Assembly (NCBI GenBank): GCA_021824155.1
Contig: JAKALN010000001.1
Location: 64,015 to 128,014 of the forward strand
Reading direction: 5' to 3'
DNA length: 64,000 nucleotides
Source of the DNA: a bacterium
Lineage (GTDB): Bacteria; Patescibacteriota; Microgenomatia; Levybacterales; UBA12049
The notes below the pieces were generated by a model, which was not told the origin of the DNA, searched no databases, and saw only the letters and a list, made by a program, of their open reading frames with translations. Numbering within the stretch: position 1 is the first letter of the stretch; each line of letters starts with the position of its first letter. Positions 49,397 through 58,917 of the stretch are shown piece by piece. The translations under genes and the position numbers were made by a program.

Positions 49397-50704
49397 TTAC
49401 TTCCAACTGCTAAACCAAAAATAAGAGTCATACCAACTACTGCAGCTTGGGGAAATTACCTCACAGCGCGGTATGTGAATAGCAGTCCATAAAGGCAAAA
49501 AATAGATAAATAAAACTATAAGCAGAAAAAAATAAATGCTTGCAATTATTTTTCCCGAAGGCTGCGTAATAAGTTTATTTAAAACGTAACCGGTGGCAAT
49601 AGCCAAAAAAGGAACCGCCGGTAGATAGTGATAATAAAACATAATTCTCGGAGAGCTTACCCATGGAAGAAAAAAACCTAAATAAGAAAATAACACAATT
49701 CCCTGGTTTAATTTTCTTTCTTTAAAATATTCAATTGAAAGAAAAATAATACAGGCCAACCCGAACCACATAAAAAGAGGGTTTCCTAAATTATAAATAT
49801 TTGCGATAGTTTTATTGGAATAATCAACATAAATCCATACGGGCCTCAAATCCAAAACCCATTGCAAAGGAACAGACTGATAAGGATGGTGTGCCTTAAG
49901 GTTTGTATGGTACCAATACATCTGCTCTTGAAGGCCAATAAATGTATTTACGTTAAAGGGTGAAGGGCTTTCTCCCGGCGGGGTATGGTGTCCGGTAAAA
50001 AATGGAAGATAAACCAAAAGATAAACAACCAAGGGTACTATTAAAAAATATAAAGGGGCAATTAATATTTTTTTTATGAACGCTTTTTGTTTTATTTTTT
50101 TATTCCTTAAAAGTAATAAATTTTCTGCAAGATAAATTAATCCCAAAATCCCTATTCCAAAAAGGCCGGTCCATTTAGACGCTACCGACAAACCCAAAGA
50201 AACAGCCATTAGAAAGTTGCGTTTTTCTAAGAAAAACAGGAAAGCAAGTAAAACAAAAAAGAGGAAATACATATCGTTCATTCCTATTCTTGACATAACC
50301 AGCAAAAGTCCGTCTGTGGCGGCGGCAAAAGAAGCAAATAAAGCAACAAGACGGCTTTTAAAAAGCTTATACGCTATCAGATAAATCAGGACTATCACCC
50401 CGAAACCAAAAAATGCGGAAAAGAACCTCCATGCAAAGCTATTATTTCCAAAAATTGAAATTGCCAAGACCATAAACTCTTTAGCCAAAGGAGGATGGGT
50501 CCATTCATAGGCAAAACCCTGAGGGGGAGTATTCCACCACTCCCAAGCAGCAGGATTTCCTTTAAACATTTGTCCTGCGGTAAAAGCGTGGTAAACTTCA
50601 TCGAAAATATAGGTTTTGGGGATATCTAATCTTATAAACCTGGTTAAAAACGCGAATGCAAAAATAATAAATTCCGGAAAATATTTTTTATTTATAAATC
50701 TCAT
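49397..50704 (-). CDS. Protein O-mannosyltransferase (PMT, GT39-like)
   Basis: IFDEVYH, HPPLAK, WRF, SRIGMND, KWTG, HPYQS.P.QW, GNP and FYYHYLP motifs. Confidence 0.88.
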   Translation of the reverse strand: MRFINKKYFPEFIIFAFAFLTRFIRLDIPKTYIFDEVYHAFTAGQMFKGNPAAWEWWNTPPQGFAYEWTHPPLAKEFMVLAISIFGNNSFAWRFFSAFFGFGVIVLIYLIAYKLFKSRLVALFASFAAATDGLLLVMSRIGMNDMYFLFFVLLAFLFFLEKRNFLMAVSLGLSVASKWTGLFGIGILGLIYLAENLLLLRNKKIKQKAFIKKILIAPLYFLIVPLVVYLLVYLPFFTGHHTPPGESPSPFNVNTFIGLQEQMYWYHTNLKAHHPYQSVPLQWVLDLRPVWIYVDYSNKTIANIYNLGNPLFMWFGLACIIFLSIEYFKERKLNQGIVLFSYLGFFLPWVSSPRIMFYYHYLPAVPFLAIATGYVLNKLITQPSGKIIASIYFFLLIVLFIYFLPLWTAIHIPRCEVISPSCSSWYDSYFWFSSWK

Positions 50705-50724
50705 ATCGGCAAAAAATAATTATA

Positions 50725-51987
50725 CTACTTTTTAAGCTTTGCCTTTCTATAAATAGAAAAGTAATTAATAAGCATAATAATAAAAAGAAAAAGAAAAACA
50801 ATAGAGAAAAAATTTGCGTAATTCAAAGATACTTTAAAGAGTATATTATCTCCCGCCAAATAATTGGAATAAACAAAATTATAATAATAGTAAGAATAAA
50901 ATAAATTAACAAAATGCACAATAGAAATAATTATATAAGAAATAATAAGTATCCTCGACTTAAAAATAAAAGCGGAAATAACAAGCAGCGGAAAAATAGG
51001 AAAAAGATGGCGCTCGTGCATACGGGTTAAAAATAAAAAAAACGCAAAGGAAGAAAGCGCTGCTGCAAAATAATCAATTTCTAAAAAACTTTTCTTTATT
51101 TTTGCGTAGGGAAACAAAATTATGCAAAGTATAAATAAATATAAAATATATCCCCAAATATGATAAGACAATCCAAAAAAAACAGTTGAATCCGTTTTCC
51201 ACCATCCTGTTAAAAGCTCCCAAAAATTATATGCATTTAAGGATGCATAGGGATAAACACTTAATGAATTAACCAAATGCCCAAAAACTCCAAATATTGG
51301 GTCTTTAATAAAAAAAGGCATTGTAACAGCCAAAAACACAGCAAAACCTAAAAATCCTGCAATAATTATTCTTTTAATAGAAAAATTTTTAAGCGCTCTT
51401 ATTCCCATTATCGGAAAAGCGGCAACATTTAACGGTTTAACAAGAACGGATAAAACAGCTGCAACAGACCCTTTTTCAATACTCTTGGCTTCATTTAACT
51501 GATAAATTCCAAATAGGAAAAAGAAAGTAGGAATTGAGTCTGTTTGCCCCCATACGGAACTGTTAAATATAACTCCCGGATTTAGTAAATACAGAATAGC
51601 CGACAGAAAAGCCCATTTAGGGTTATGTCTTTTAACAATAAGAAAAATAACATAGGCGGTCAAAAAATCGAACCCGTTACTTATTAACCTCATATAGATA
51701 TCGAAAGTCAATGTAAGAATAGCGGGGTTTCCGAATATCAGGACAAATATCTTTGTAAAAACAAAGAGAAGTAAATAAAAAAACGGAAGGTAGTCGGCAA
51801 GCATACCCGCGACATAAAAATTTGTGGGGCCTACGTTAACAATCCGTAAGGCCCAAGCCTGCCAGTCTCCCATATCTATCTTAAAACTTGGCAAAATAAA
51901 TAAAGAAACTCTCAAAAGAATAATCAATAGCAAAAAAAATTTAAATAAAAAAGGCAGTGAAATGTATTTTCCGACAAGCTTATTCAT
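50725..51987 (-). CDS. GT-C fold glycosyltransferase (mannosyltransferase-like)
   Basis: D...WQAW, DYLP, LNP..IFNSSVWGQTDS, NAYNFW and RMHERH motifs. Confidence 0.75.
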   Translation of the reverse strand: MNKLVGKYISLPFLFKFFLLLIILLRVSLFILPSFKIDMGDWQAWALRIVNVGPTNFYVAGMLADYLPFFYLLLFVFTKIFVLIFGNPAILTLTFDIYMRLISNGFDFLTAYVIFLIVKRHNPKWAFLSAILYLLNPGVIFNSSVWGQTDSIPTFFFLFGIYQLNEAKSIEKGSVAAVLSVLVKPLNVAAFPIMGIRALKNFSIKRIIIAGFLGFAVFLAVTMPFFIKDPIFGVFGHLVNSLSVYPYASLNAYNFWELLTGWWKTDSTVFFGLSYHIWGYILYLFILCIILFPYAKIKKSFLEIDYFAAALSSFAFFLFLTRMHERHLFPIFPLLVISAFIFKSRILIISYIIISIVHFVNLFYSYYYYNFVYSNYLAGDNILFKVSLNYANFFSIVFLFLFIIMLINYFSIYRKAKLKK

Positions 51988-52001
51988 CTAGTGACTTTTA
52001 G

Positions 52002-53099
52002 TTATTGTTTTGCGGCTACTTTACAATTTCCGGTTTTTATTTCACAGGCAATATAGTTTTGTATTTCTGTAAAATTCCCGTTTCCGGCCCTGGGAGTGAG
52101 CACCCATTCATAGTTATAGTCAGAAGAAGTAGGTGGATTTATCAAAAGACCGGGCCTTTGAGTTTGGTCATCCCCCGTGTCTATCACTGCACTTTGGATT
52201 TTCGCATTTTTCATTTTCTGGGCAAGTCTTATAAAATCGTCAAATTCTGTTTGCTGTATATCGGTATCTATACTCGATTTTAGTGTTTCATAAAGGTTGA
52301 TTATTTTTGAAGGGTTTAATATTGTCTGGGCAGATAAAACTTTGTCTTTAAAAGCTTTTATCACTTTTTCCTGCCTTTTGCTTCTGGCAAAATCGCTCCC
52401 CTCAGTTCCAGTGCCATGTCTTGACCTTACAAATTCAAGTGCCGTTTCCCCATCCATGTGGGTCAAACCTTTATCAAAATGAAGATGTTTGTATCTGCAT
52501 GGAAATACGGAAGGCAACTGGTCTTCGGGTGTATTAGCCAAAGACTGCAATTCTTCCTGGCTATGTCCGCACGGATCGGCTTCCTTACCGTCTATCGGGT
52601 ATTGATAATCATCAAAAGTATTATCAACATTTATATCCAGTCCCCCTACTATATCTACCGCCTTAACAAACCCGGAAAAGTCTATCCTTACCCCGTAATC
52701 TATTTCCTGACCCGTAATCTTAGCGACCGCTGCTTCTGCCAAAACAAGACCGCTGCCTTTATTTTTTGCTTCTCCGATTGCATAAGCGGCATTTATTTTT
52801 TGGTTAATATCCGGAAACCAAAGATCTCTTGGAATTGAGATTAAAGTGACTTTATCATTTTTTTGGTCTATGTTTGCAATCATTATCGTATCGGTTAAAT
52901 TCGGCCCGTCGTGATTCCCCCCGCCTATACCCAAAAGAAGGACATTTATCTGGCTTTTTGTGTTCTGTTTTAATTGGATACCCCTGTTAAAAGCTAGTTG
53001 AAATAAAAAAGAAAATGTATTGAGGTTACTTGCAATAAGTTTACCAACAACGGCTAATAGGATTATGCCAATTATAATCGGGATTATTTTTTTACGCAT
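52002..53099 (-). CDS. LCP (LytR-CpsA-Psr) family protein
   Basis: NVLLLG, LTDTIM, SIPRDL, KINAAY, FVRSRH, SDFARSKRQ. Confidence 0.93.
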   Translation of the reverse strand: MRKKIIPIIIGIILLAVVGKLIASNLNTFSFLFQLAFNRGIQLKQNTKSQINVLLLGIGGGNHDGPNLTDTIMIANIDQKNDKVTLISIPRDLWFPDINQKINAAYAIGEAKNKGSGLVLAEAAVAKITGQEIDYGVRIDFSGFVKAVDIVGGLDINVDNTFDDYQYPIDGKEADPCGHSQEELQSLANTPEDQLPSVFPCRYKHLHFDKGLTHMDGETALEFVRSRHGTGTEGSDFARSKRQEKVIKAFKDKVLSAQTILNPSKIINLYETLKSSIDTDIQQTEFDDFIRLAQKMKNAKIQSAVIDTGDDQTQRPGLLINPPTSSDYNYEWVLTPRAGNGNFTEIQNYIACEIKTGNCKVAAKQ

Positions 53100-53760
53100 T
53101 TTCTACTATTTTTAAAAACTCCAAAGGGTCAAGGCTTGCTCCTCCTACCAAAACTCCGCTTAAGTTATCTGTTGAGGTAAAATTTTTAACATTTAATGAA
53201 TCAACGCTTCCTCCGTAAAGAACCTTCAAATTATTTTTCTTGCTTCTTATTGACCGTGCAACAACTTCTGCATTTTCGGGCGTATCGGGAGTTCCGCTTC
53301 CTATTGCAAAAGCCGGCTCGTATGCAACTATCGAGACTTCCTCAGGCATAAAAGTATTTTCATTCTGCACGCAAAAAATAGGTATTACGCCTTTACTCCA
53401 AGCAGACTGAACTTTATTTTTTAGCATATCGTCGTCTTCTTTAAAATATTGCCTTCTTTCCGAATGCCCTATGATTACGTAATTACAATAATCCACTAAC
53501 TGTTTTGCGTTTACTTCTCCCGTATATGCTCCTTCTCCAAAAGGTGAAACATCCTGTGCCCCAAGCTTAACGGGAAGGTTGTTTTCTTTAATATAAGAAG
53601 AAAATGTGAAAAGCAGCTGAAAAGGAGGACAAATAATTATTTCTTTTTGCGTTAAATTTTGTTTCGAATCCCTTATTATTTTAAAGTTTTCCAACCATTC
53701 ATTAGCCTCACTTTGAGTTTTATAAGACTTCAGATTTGCAACTAGAAAAAGCTTATCCAT
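53092..53760 (-). CDS. tpiA: Triosephosphate isomerase
   Basis: GAYTGEV, IIGHSERR, AYEP, LYGGSV, LVGGASL. Confidence 0.95.
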   Translation of the reverse strand: MDKLFLVANLKSYKTQSEANEWLENFKIIRDSKQNLTQKEIIICPPFQLLFTFSSYIKENNLPVKLGAQDVSPFGEGAYTGEVNAKQLVDYCNYVIIGHSERRQYFKEDDDMLKNKVQSAWSKGVIPIFCVQNENTFMPEEVSIVAYEPAFAIGSGTPDTPENAEVVARSIRSKKNNLKVLYGGSVDSLNVKNFTSTDNLSGVLVGGASLDPLEFLKIVENA

Positions 53761-53778
53761 GTGGTATCATTATACGGT
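53761..53778. promoter_or_regulatory. 18-bp bidirectional leaderless promoter (tpiA/pcrA)
   Basis: Plus strand TGGTATCAT and minus strand TATAAT overlap; each lies 8 nt from an ATG. Confidence 0.6.
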
Positions 53779-55644
53779 ATGAAAGAAGACTTTCTCAAGG
53801 ACTTAAACCCCGATCAGCAAAAAGCGGTTTTAAATTCCGATGGCCCCATGATTATTCTTGCAGGAGCAGGCTCAGGAAAAACCAGAGTCTTAACTTATAA
53901 AGTTATCTACTTAATAACAAAAAACTCTGTTGAACCGGATAACATTTTAATGGTTACATTTACAAATAAGGCGGCAAATGAAATGAAAGAAAGAATCCAA
54001 AATTTTATTAATAAATTAGACCTTTCTTTAAGTTCCAAACCGACAATCTCCACATTCCATTCCCTCTGTGCAAAGATACTGCGGATAGAAGGAAATAATA
54101 TTGATTTGGGGAGAAGTTTTGTCATATATGACGAAGGGGACCAAAAAGATGCGATAAAAGAGGCATTTTCAAAGCTCGGTCTATCGGTTAAAGAATATAA
54201 ACCATCGTCTGTACTTGCTACAATATCCCAGGCAAAGAATGAACTAATAGGCCCTTCGGAATATCCGCAGTTTGCAAGAGGACATTTCCAGGAAGTTGTA
54301 GCCAGTGTTTACGGAGTCTATCAAAATATTTTAAGAGAAAATGATGCCTTGGATTTCGACGATTTAATTTTGAGAACCGTTTCGGTTTTTGAACATAACC
54401 CGGAAATTCTTGAAAAATACCAAAGCAAATTTCAATATATTATGGTAGATGAATACCAGGATACAAATCATGCCCAATATAAACTTACTAGATTATTAGC
54501 TGCAAAAGCTAAAAATATCTGCGTTGTCGGAGATTTTTCCCAAAGCATTTACAGTTTCCGGGGAGCGGATTTTCAAAATTTAGCAAAATTTGAAGAGGAT
54601 TTTAAAGGGACAAAAACCTTTGCCCTGTCCCAAAATTACAGGTCAACGCAAAAAATACTGGATGCTGCCTCTTCCATTATTTCCAAGAATACCGGTCACC
54701 CTGTTTTAACACTTTGGACCGATAATCCTACCGGGGAGGATATTTCCCTCTTTGAAGCAATAAACGAACAAAAAGAAGCAGAATTTATAGTCCAGCAAAT
54801 TTCCGCATTAAGGTACCAAAATCCGGACTTAAATTACAATGATTTTGCAGTTTTATATAGAACAAATGCTCAATCTAGAAATGTCGAAGAAGTATTTTTA
54901 CATCAAGGTGTACCTTATATACTTATAGGGGGAACAAGATTTTATGAAAGAAAAGAAATTAAAGATTTGCTGGCAATGGTAAAAGTCATGGCAAATCCAA
55001 AAGATAAAATATCTTTAAAAAGGATTGAAAAATTAGGAAAAGGCCGGTTTAATAAATTCCTGGAGGCTCAAAAATTATTTACCGAAGATTCAATCCAGAA
55101 TGGGAAAACCATTGAAATTTTGGATAAAATAGTAAAGGAAAGCGATTATCTTAGCCTTTATGACGAGAAAGACGAAGAAGATTTGCAAAGGCTTGAAAAT
55201 ATTAAGGAGCTGCGTTCTGTTGCAATAGAATTTCCCGAAATTGACAGATTTTTGGAAAATGTTGCATTGGTTGAACAGGAATATATGCCCGACCACCCGC
55301 AAAACTCAAAGGAAAAAAATAATGCGGTAAATTTAATGACACTGCACGCGGCAAAAGGATTGGAGTTTCCTGTTGTTTTTATGATAGGAATGGAAGAGGG
55401 ACTTTTTCCCCACTCAAGAAGTTTAATGGATAAAAACGAACTGGAGGAAGAAAGAAGACTATGCTACGTAGGAATGACAAGGGCAAGAAGAAAACTTTTT
55501 TTGACGTATGCCAGAAAAAGACTGTTTTTCGGACAAAAAACAACAAATATTGTTTCCCGTTTTATTCTTGAACTTCCGCAAAATATTATTTCAAATAATT
55601 TACATTTTTTGGATAATAGTAGTGATGTTCCGGATTTTCTATGA
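53779..55644 (+). CDS. pcrA: ATP-dependent DNA helicase PcrA/UvrD
   Basis: LAGAGSGKT, TFTNKAA, VDEYQD, QNYRS, TLHAAKGLEF, EEERRL.YV..TRA; ATG 53779 preferred as start. Confidence 0.93.
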   Translation: MKEDFLKDLNPDQQKAVLNSDGPMIILAGAGSGKTRVLTYKVIYLITKNSVEPDNILMVTFTNKAANEMKERIQNFINKLDLSLSSKPTISTFHSLCAKILRIEGNNIDLGRSFVIYDEGDQKDAIKEAFSKLGLSVKEYKPSSVLATISQAKNELIGPSEYPQFARGHFQEVVASVYGVYQNILRENDALDFDDLILRTVSVFEHNPEILEKYQSKFQYIMVDEYQDTNHAQYKLTRLLAAKAKNICVVGDFSQSIYSFRGADFQNLAKFEEDFKGTKTFALSQNYRSTQKILDAASSIISKNTGHPVLTLWTDNPTGEDISLFEAINEQKEAEFIVQQISALRYQNPDLNYNDFAVLYRTNAQSRNVEEVFLHQGVPYILIGGTRFYERKEIKDLLAMVKVMANPKDKISLKRIEKLGKGRFNKFLEAQKLFTEDSIQNGKTIEILDKIVKESDYLSLYDEKDEEDLQRLENIKELRSVAIEFPEIDRFLENVALVEQEYMPDHPQNSKEKNNAVNLMTLHAAKGLEFPVVFMIGMEEGLFPHSRSLMDKNELEEERRLCYVGMTRARRKLFLTYARKRLFFGQKTTNIVSRFILELPQNIISNNLHFLDNSSDVPDFL

Positions 55645-56615
55645 AAAATAAACTCTTTTATAAAACAAACCATCCGCTTCAAAGCGAAGAATGGGCAGTA
55701 TTTAGGGAAAAAACCGGCATTAAAATAATTAGAGAAAATGGGCTTTATATAACCATTCATCCAATTCCCCATACAAAATTTAATATCGGTTACCTTCCGA
55801 AAGGGCCGATGCCTACAAAACAGGTTCTTTTAGAACTTAAAAACATAGGGAAACAAGAAAATTGTATTTTTATACAAATTGAGCCAAACATAGAAAGAAC
55901 AGAAGATTTAAATATAAAAATAAAAAATTTAGACCTTGTTCCTTCGGCCCATCCTCTTTTTACCAAATACACATTTATTCTTGATTTAACAAAAACAGAA
56001 GAAGAATTATTAAAAGAAATGAACCAAAAAACGCGTTACAACATAAAAGTTGCGCAAAAACACGGAGTAACGGTTGAAGAGGATGATTCGGATAAAGCTT
56101 TTGAAAAATATTTGGAGTTAACCTGGGAAACCACCAGAAGACAGGGCTTTTACGCGCATACAAAGAACTATCATAGGCTTATGTGGGAAACCCTGCGTCC
56201 AAAATCTGAAATCGTAAATCAGAAACCGGAAACATTGACAGCACATTTGTTCACTGCCAAATATAAAGGGAAAATTTTGGTTACTTGGATTCTTTTCGTT
56301 TATAACGATACTCTTTATTATCCGTACGGTGCATCAAGCAGCGAAAACCGGGAAACAATGGCATCAAATTTAATGATGTGGGAGGTTATAAAATTCGGCA
56401 AAAAACTCGGTCTTAAAAAATTTGATATGTGGGGTTCGATGGGGCCGGATCCCGACATTAAAGACCCCTGGTACGGGTTTCACAGATTTAAACAAGGTTA
56501 CGGGGGAAAATTAACGGAATTTTTAGGAAGTTACGATTTGGTTATAAATAAAAAAATGTATTTTTTATACAAACTTGCTAATAAATTCAGGTGGATTATT
56601 CTAAAAGCTAAATAA
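55641..56615 (+). CDS. FemAB/FemX-family peptidoglycan bridge aminoacyltransferase
   Basis: HPLQS.EW, Y.PKGP, KTRYNIK.A.K.GV, YYPYGAS, FDMWG, G.HRFKQGYGG. Confidence 0.9.
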   Translation: MKNKLFYKTNHPLQSEEWAVFREKTGIKIIRENGLYITIHPIPHTKFNIGYLPKGPMPTKQVLLELKNIGKQENCIFIQIEPNIERTEDLNIKIKNLDLVPSAHPLFTKYTFILDLTKTEEELLKEMNQKTRYNIKVAQKHGVTVEEDDSDKAFEKYLELTWETTRRQGFYAHTKNYHRLMWETLRPKSEIVNQKPETLTAHLFTAKYKGKILVTWILFVYNDTLYYPYGASSSENRETMASNLMMWEVIKFGKKLGLKKFDMWGSMGPDPDIKDPWYGFHRFKQGYGGKLTEFLGSYDLVINKKMYFLYKLANKFRWIILKAK

Positions 56616-57120
56616 CATAAACCCTTATATTCTCTTCCTTATCATGCCTATACAAAGGAAGGTTAATCTCGTAGCGGTAACTTATTATTTTTGAACCTTT
56701 TTTTAACTTTTTAAATTTTGGAAGAAGTTTGTTTAAAGTTTTTGGGACCAAATAAACAAATACAACATCCGCTTTTGAAAAATCCTCGTTAAAAAGGTTT
56801 CCTCTTTTAATTTTTACCTGTGAAGACAGACCGTTTATTTTTAAAAGCAGCTTCGAATATAAATATCTTATCGGGTCAATTTCGACCCCAAAACCTACCG
56901 CTTTGAATTCTTTAGCCGCAACAAACAATGCTGTCCCTTCCCCACAGCCCAAGTCGTAAACGACATCCCCTTTTTTTATACCCGCTATTTTGCACATTTT
57001 TCTTGCTGTTTTTTTTGACGTTCTCCACCATGGAGCCCAGGGACTGTCGGGAGGCCAAACCATAGAAAGAAGAATAAGTAAAAAAATAACGCCGCCAAAA
57101 GAGAAAAGATAAAAAATCAT
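56608..57120 (-). CDS. Membrane-anchored class I SAM-dependent methyltransferase
   Basis: N-terminal TM, APWWRT, VYDLGCGEG, GVEIDP, ADVVFVYL. Confidence 0.85.
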   Translation of the reverse strand: MIFYLFSFGGVIFLLILLSMVWPPDSPWAPWWRTSKKTARKMCKIAGIKKGDVVYDLGCGEGTALFVAAKEFKAVGFGVEIDPIRYLYSKLLLKINGLSSQVKIKRGNLFNEDFSKADVVFVYLVPKTLNKLLPKFKKLKKGSKIISYRYEINLPLYRHDKEENIRVYVI

Positions 57121-57401
57121 TTATATATAACCTTACCTAAGATATCACTTTTTTTTACTTTTCCAAAACTTCTGCTGTCCAAACTGTCATTTCTATTATC
57201 TCCTTCCAGGTAAAACTCTTCATTTTGAATCCTTGCTATCCGCTTAATAAGTACCTTACCTTTATAATTAAAGGCAATTATATCTCTTTCTTTTGGAGAA
57301 AAAAAACAATAAGGGATTGAAGAAACCAAAACAAAATCTCCGTATTTTACCGCAGGTTCCATGCTATGCCCGAAGATCTTAAATTTTCTTAAAAGAAGCA
57401 T
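57117..57401 (-). CDS. sodX: Nickel-SOD maturation protease (S26 family)
   Basis: GHSMEP, LIKRI and GDN..DSLDSRSFG motifs; coupled to sodN. Confidence 0.88.
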   Translation of the reverse strand: MLLLRKFKIFGHSMEPAVKYGDFVLVSSIPYCFFSPKERDIIAFNYKGKVLIKRIARIQNEEFYLEGDNRNDSLDSRSFGKVKKSDILGKVIYK

Positions 57402-57877
57402 TATTTATGAAGAACTATTTCTCCGCCCGTTGGATAAACTGTTTTTACTCTTACCGGCTCAACGCCTTTGGTTTTAAAAAATATTTCTGCAATTTCCTGT
57501 ACTCCGGAAAGCGCTGATTGAGCCGCCTCCATATCGATTCCCTGCCTGGCTTTTGCACTTGATTTTAGTGTCTTTACAAAAAGTTCATGAAGATTTGCGT
57601 ATTCTTTGTAGTGCTCTTCTTTAAAATAATCATTTCTTAGAGTGTCCAATTCTTCTTCCAAAAGGTTTGAATGGTCTTCTTTAACGTGAGTTAATCTTGC
57701 AACATCATGCTCTGATTTTGTCTCATCTTCCCGCTTTAAATCCGTGAGAAGCTGTGTCATTCTAATAACCGTATGAGCTGCCCTCTGGGCAACATACGGA
57801 TCGTAAATTCCGCAGGGAATGTCGCAGTGGGCAAATGCGGTTCCTGTAGGCAGTAATTTTGCTATACTTTTGAACAT
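57401..57877 (-). CDS. sodN: Nickel superoxide dismutase precursor
   Basis: Propeptide followed by the Ni-hook AHCDIPCGIYDP. Confidence 0.95.
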   Translation of the reverse strand: MFKSIAKLLPTGTAFAHCDIPCGIYDPYVAQRAAHTVIRMTQLLTDLKREDETKSEHDVARLTHVKEDHSNLLEEELDTLRNDYFKEEHYKEYANLHELFVKTLKSSAKARQGIDMEAAQSALSGVQEIAEIFFKTKGVEPVRVKTVYPTGGEIVLHK

Positions 57878-57939
57878 AACTTTATCTTAACCTTAAAAAG
57901 TGATAGGTATATAAGAATTATATAATAAATTCGTTAAAG

Positions 57940-58485
57940 TTACCTTATCTTTTTTGCCCAATCTACAAGAGCTTCAAGATACGGTATAATTTTATCCCTT
58001 GTTTCCCCGTCTGTTAAGTTCCCTTCTTTATCAAATTTGTCGGTAGCATTTGGAATCATAAATTCCGGTTTATTAATCGGGTGTATATTCAAAAATACAA
58101 ACATTTGTCTTAAATGGTATTGAGCTTTTGAACCTGCAGTAGTTCCTATAGACTCGCTCATAATTCCGGCAGCCTTTCCTTCAAATGAGTTATCTCCGTA
58201 TGGTCTTGACGCCCAATCTATAGCATTTTTTATAAAACCCGGAACAGAATAGTTGTATTCAGGAAGAGAAAAAAGAATCCCATCAGCCTCCTTAATTTTA
58301 TTTTTAAATTTCTTTACGTTTTCTGGAACTTCCAAATCCGGATTATAAGAAGGAAAATCGTAATCTTCCCAAATTTCCAAATCTATGTGCTCGGGAGCAA
58401 GCTTTTTAGCTTCCAAAAGAAGACCTTTGCTAAAAGAACCTTTTCTTAAACTTCCACCAATTCCTAAAATCTTGATTTTATCCAT
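57940..58485 (-). CDS. NADPH-dependent FMN reductase (ChrR/YieF-like)
   Basis: GSLRKGS, PEYNYSVPG..KNAIDWASR and AQYHLRQ motifs; ATG 58485 preferred as start. Confidence 0.9.
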   Translation of the reverse strand: MDKIKILGIGGSLRKGSFSKGLLLEAKKLAPEHIDLEIWEDYDFPSYNPDLEVPENVKKFKNKIKEADGILFSLPEYNYSVPGFIKNAIDWASRPYGDNSFEGKAAGIMSESIGTTAGSKAQYHLRQMFVFLNIHPINKPEFMIPNATDKFDKEGNLTDGETRDKIIPYLEALVDWAKKIR

Positions 58486-58526
58486 ACTTGACAAAGTATA
58501 GTGTAGGTGCTAGACTTTGTCAAGTA
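58485..58526. promoter_or_regulatory. Palindromic bidirectional promoter/operator
   Basis: 13-bp perfect inverted repeat tacttgacaaagt...actttgtcaagta; TTGACA-N17-TAGACT on plus and TTGACA-N17-TATACT on minus. Confidence 0.75.
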
Positions 58527-58543
58527 GTTACAAAAAGTATAGT

Positions 58544-58843
58544 ATGGATACCGACCTATTGGAAGTTTCAAAAGTTGCAAAAATAATCGGGAGCAAGTGG
58601 ACCATCCTCATACTCAACTCCCTTTTAAACGGGACGAAAAGGTTTGGCGAGTTGGAAAGAAGTGTTGGAGATATAAACCCAAAGACTCTTTCCAAAAGGC
58701 TTCAGGAATTGGAAAAAGAAGGATATATCAAAAAGAAAATATATGCCCAGGTTCCTCCAAAAGTAGAATATTCCCTAACCCCGAAAGGCCATGTTTTTAA
58801 ACAGGTCATCAGGTCTGTTCGAACCTGCGGAGAACAAATATAA
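58544..58843 (+). CDS. HxlR-family winged-helix regulator
   Basis: IGSKW..LIL..L..GTKRFGEL...INPKTLSKRLQELE...VPPKVEYSLT..G; ATG 58544 preferred as start. Confidence 0.92.
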   Translation: MDTDLLEVSKVAKIIGSKWTILILNSLLNGTKRFGELERSVGDINPKTLSKRLQELEKEGYIKKKIYAQVPPKVEYSLTPKGHVFKQVIRSVRTCGEQI

Positions 58844-58917
58844 ATTTTCCATCAATTATCTTCTATTTAATTCTGCCGTTTATTTGAAAAATTTTATTTA
58901 TGTGTTAATCTAAGGTT

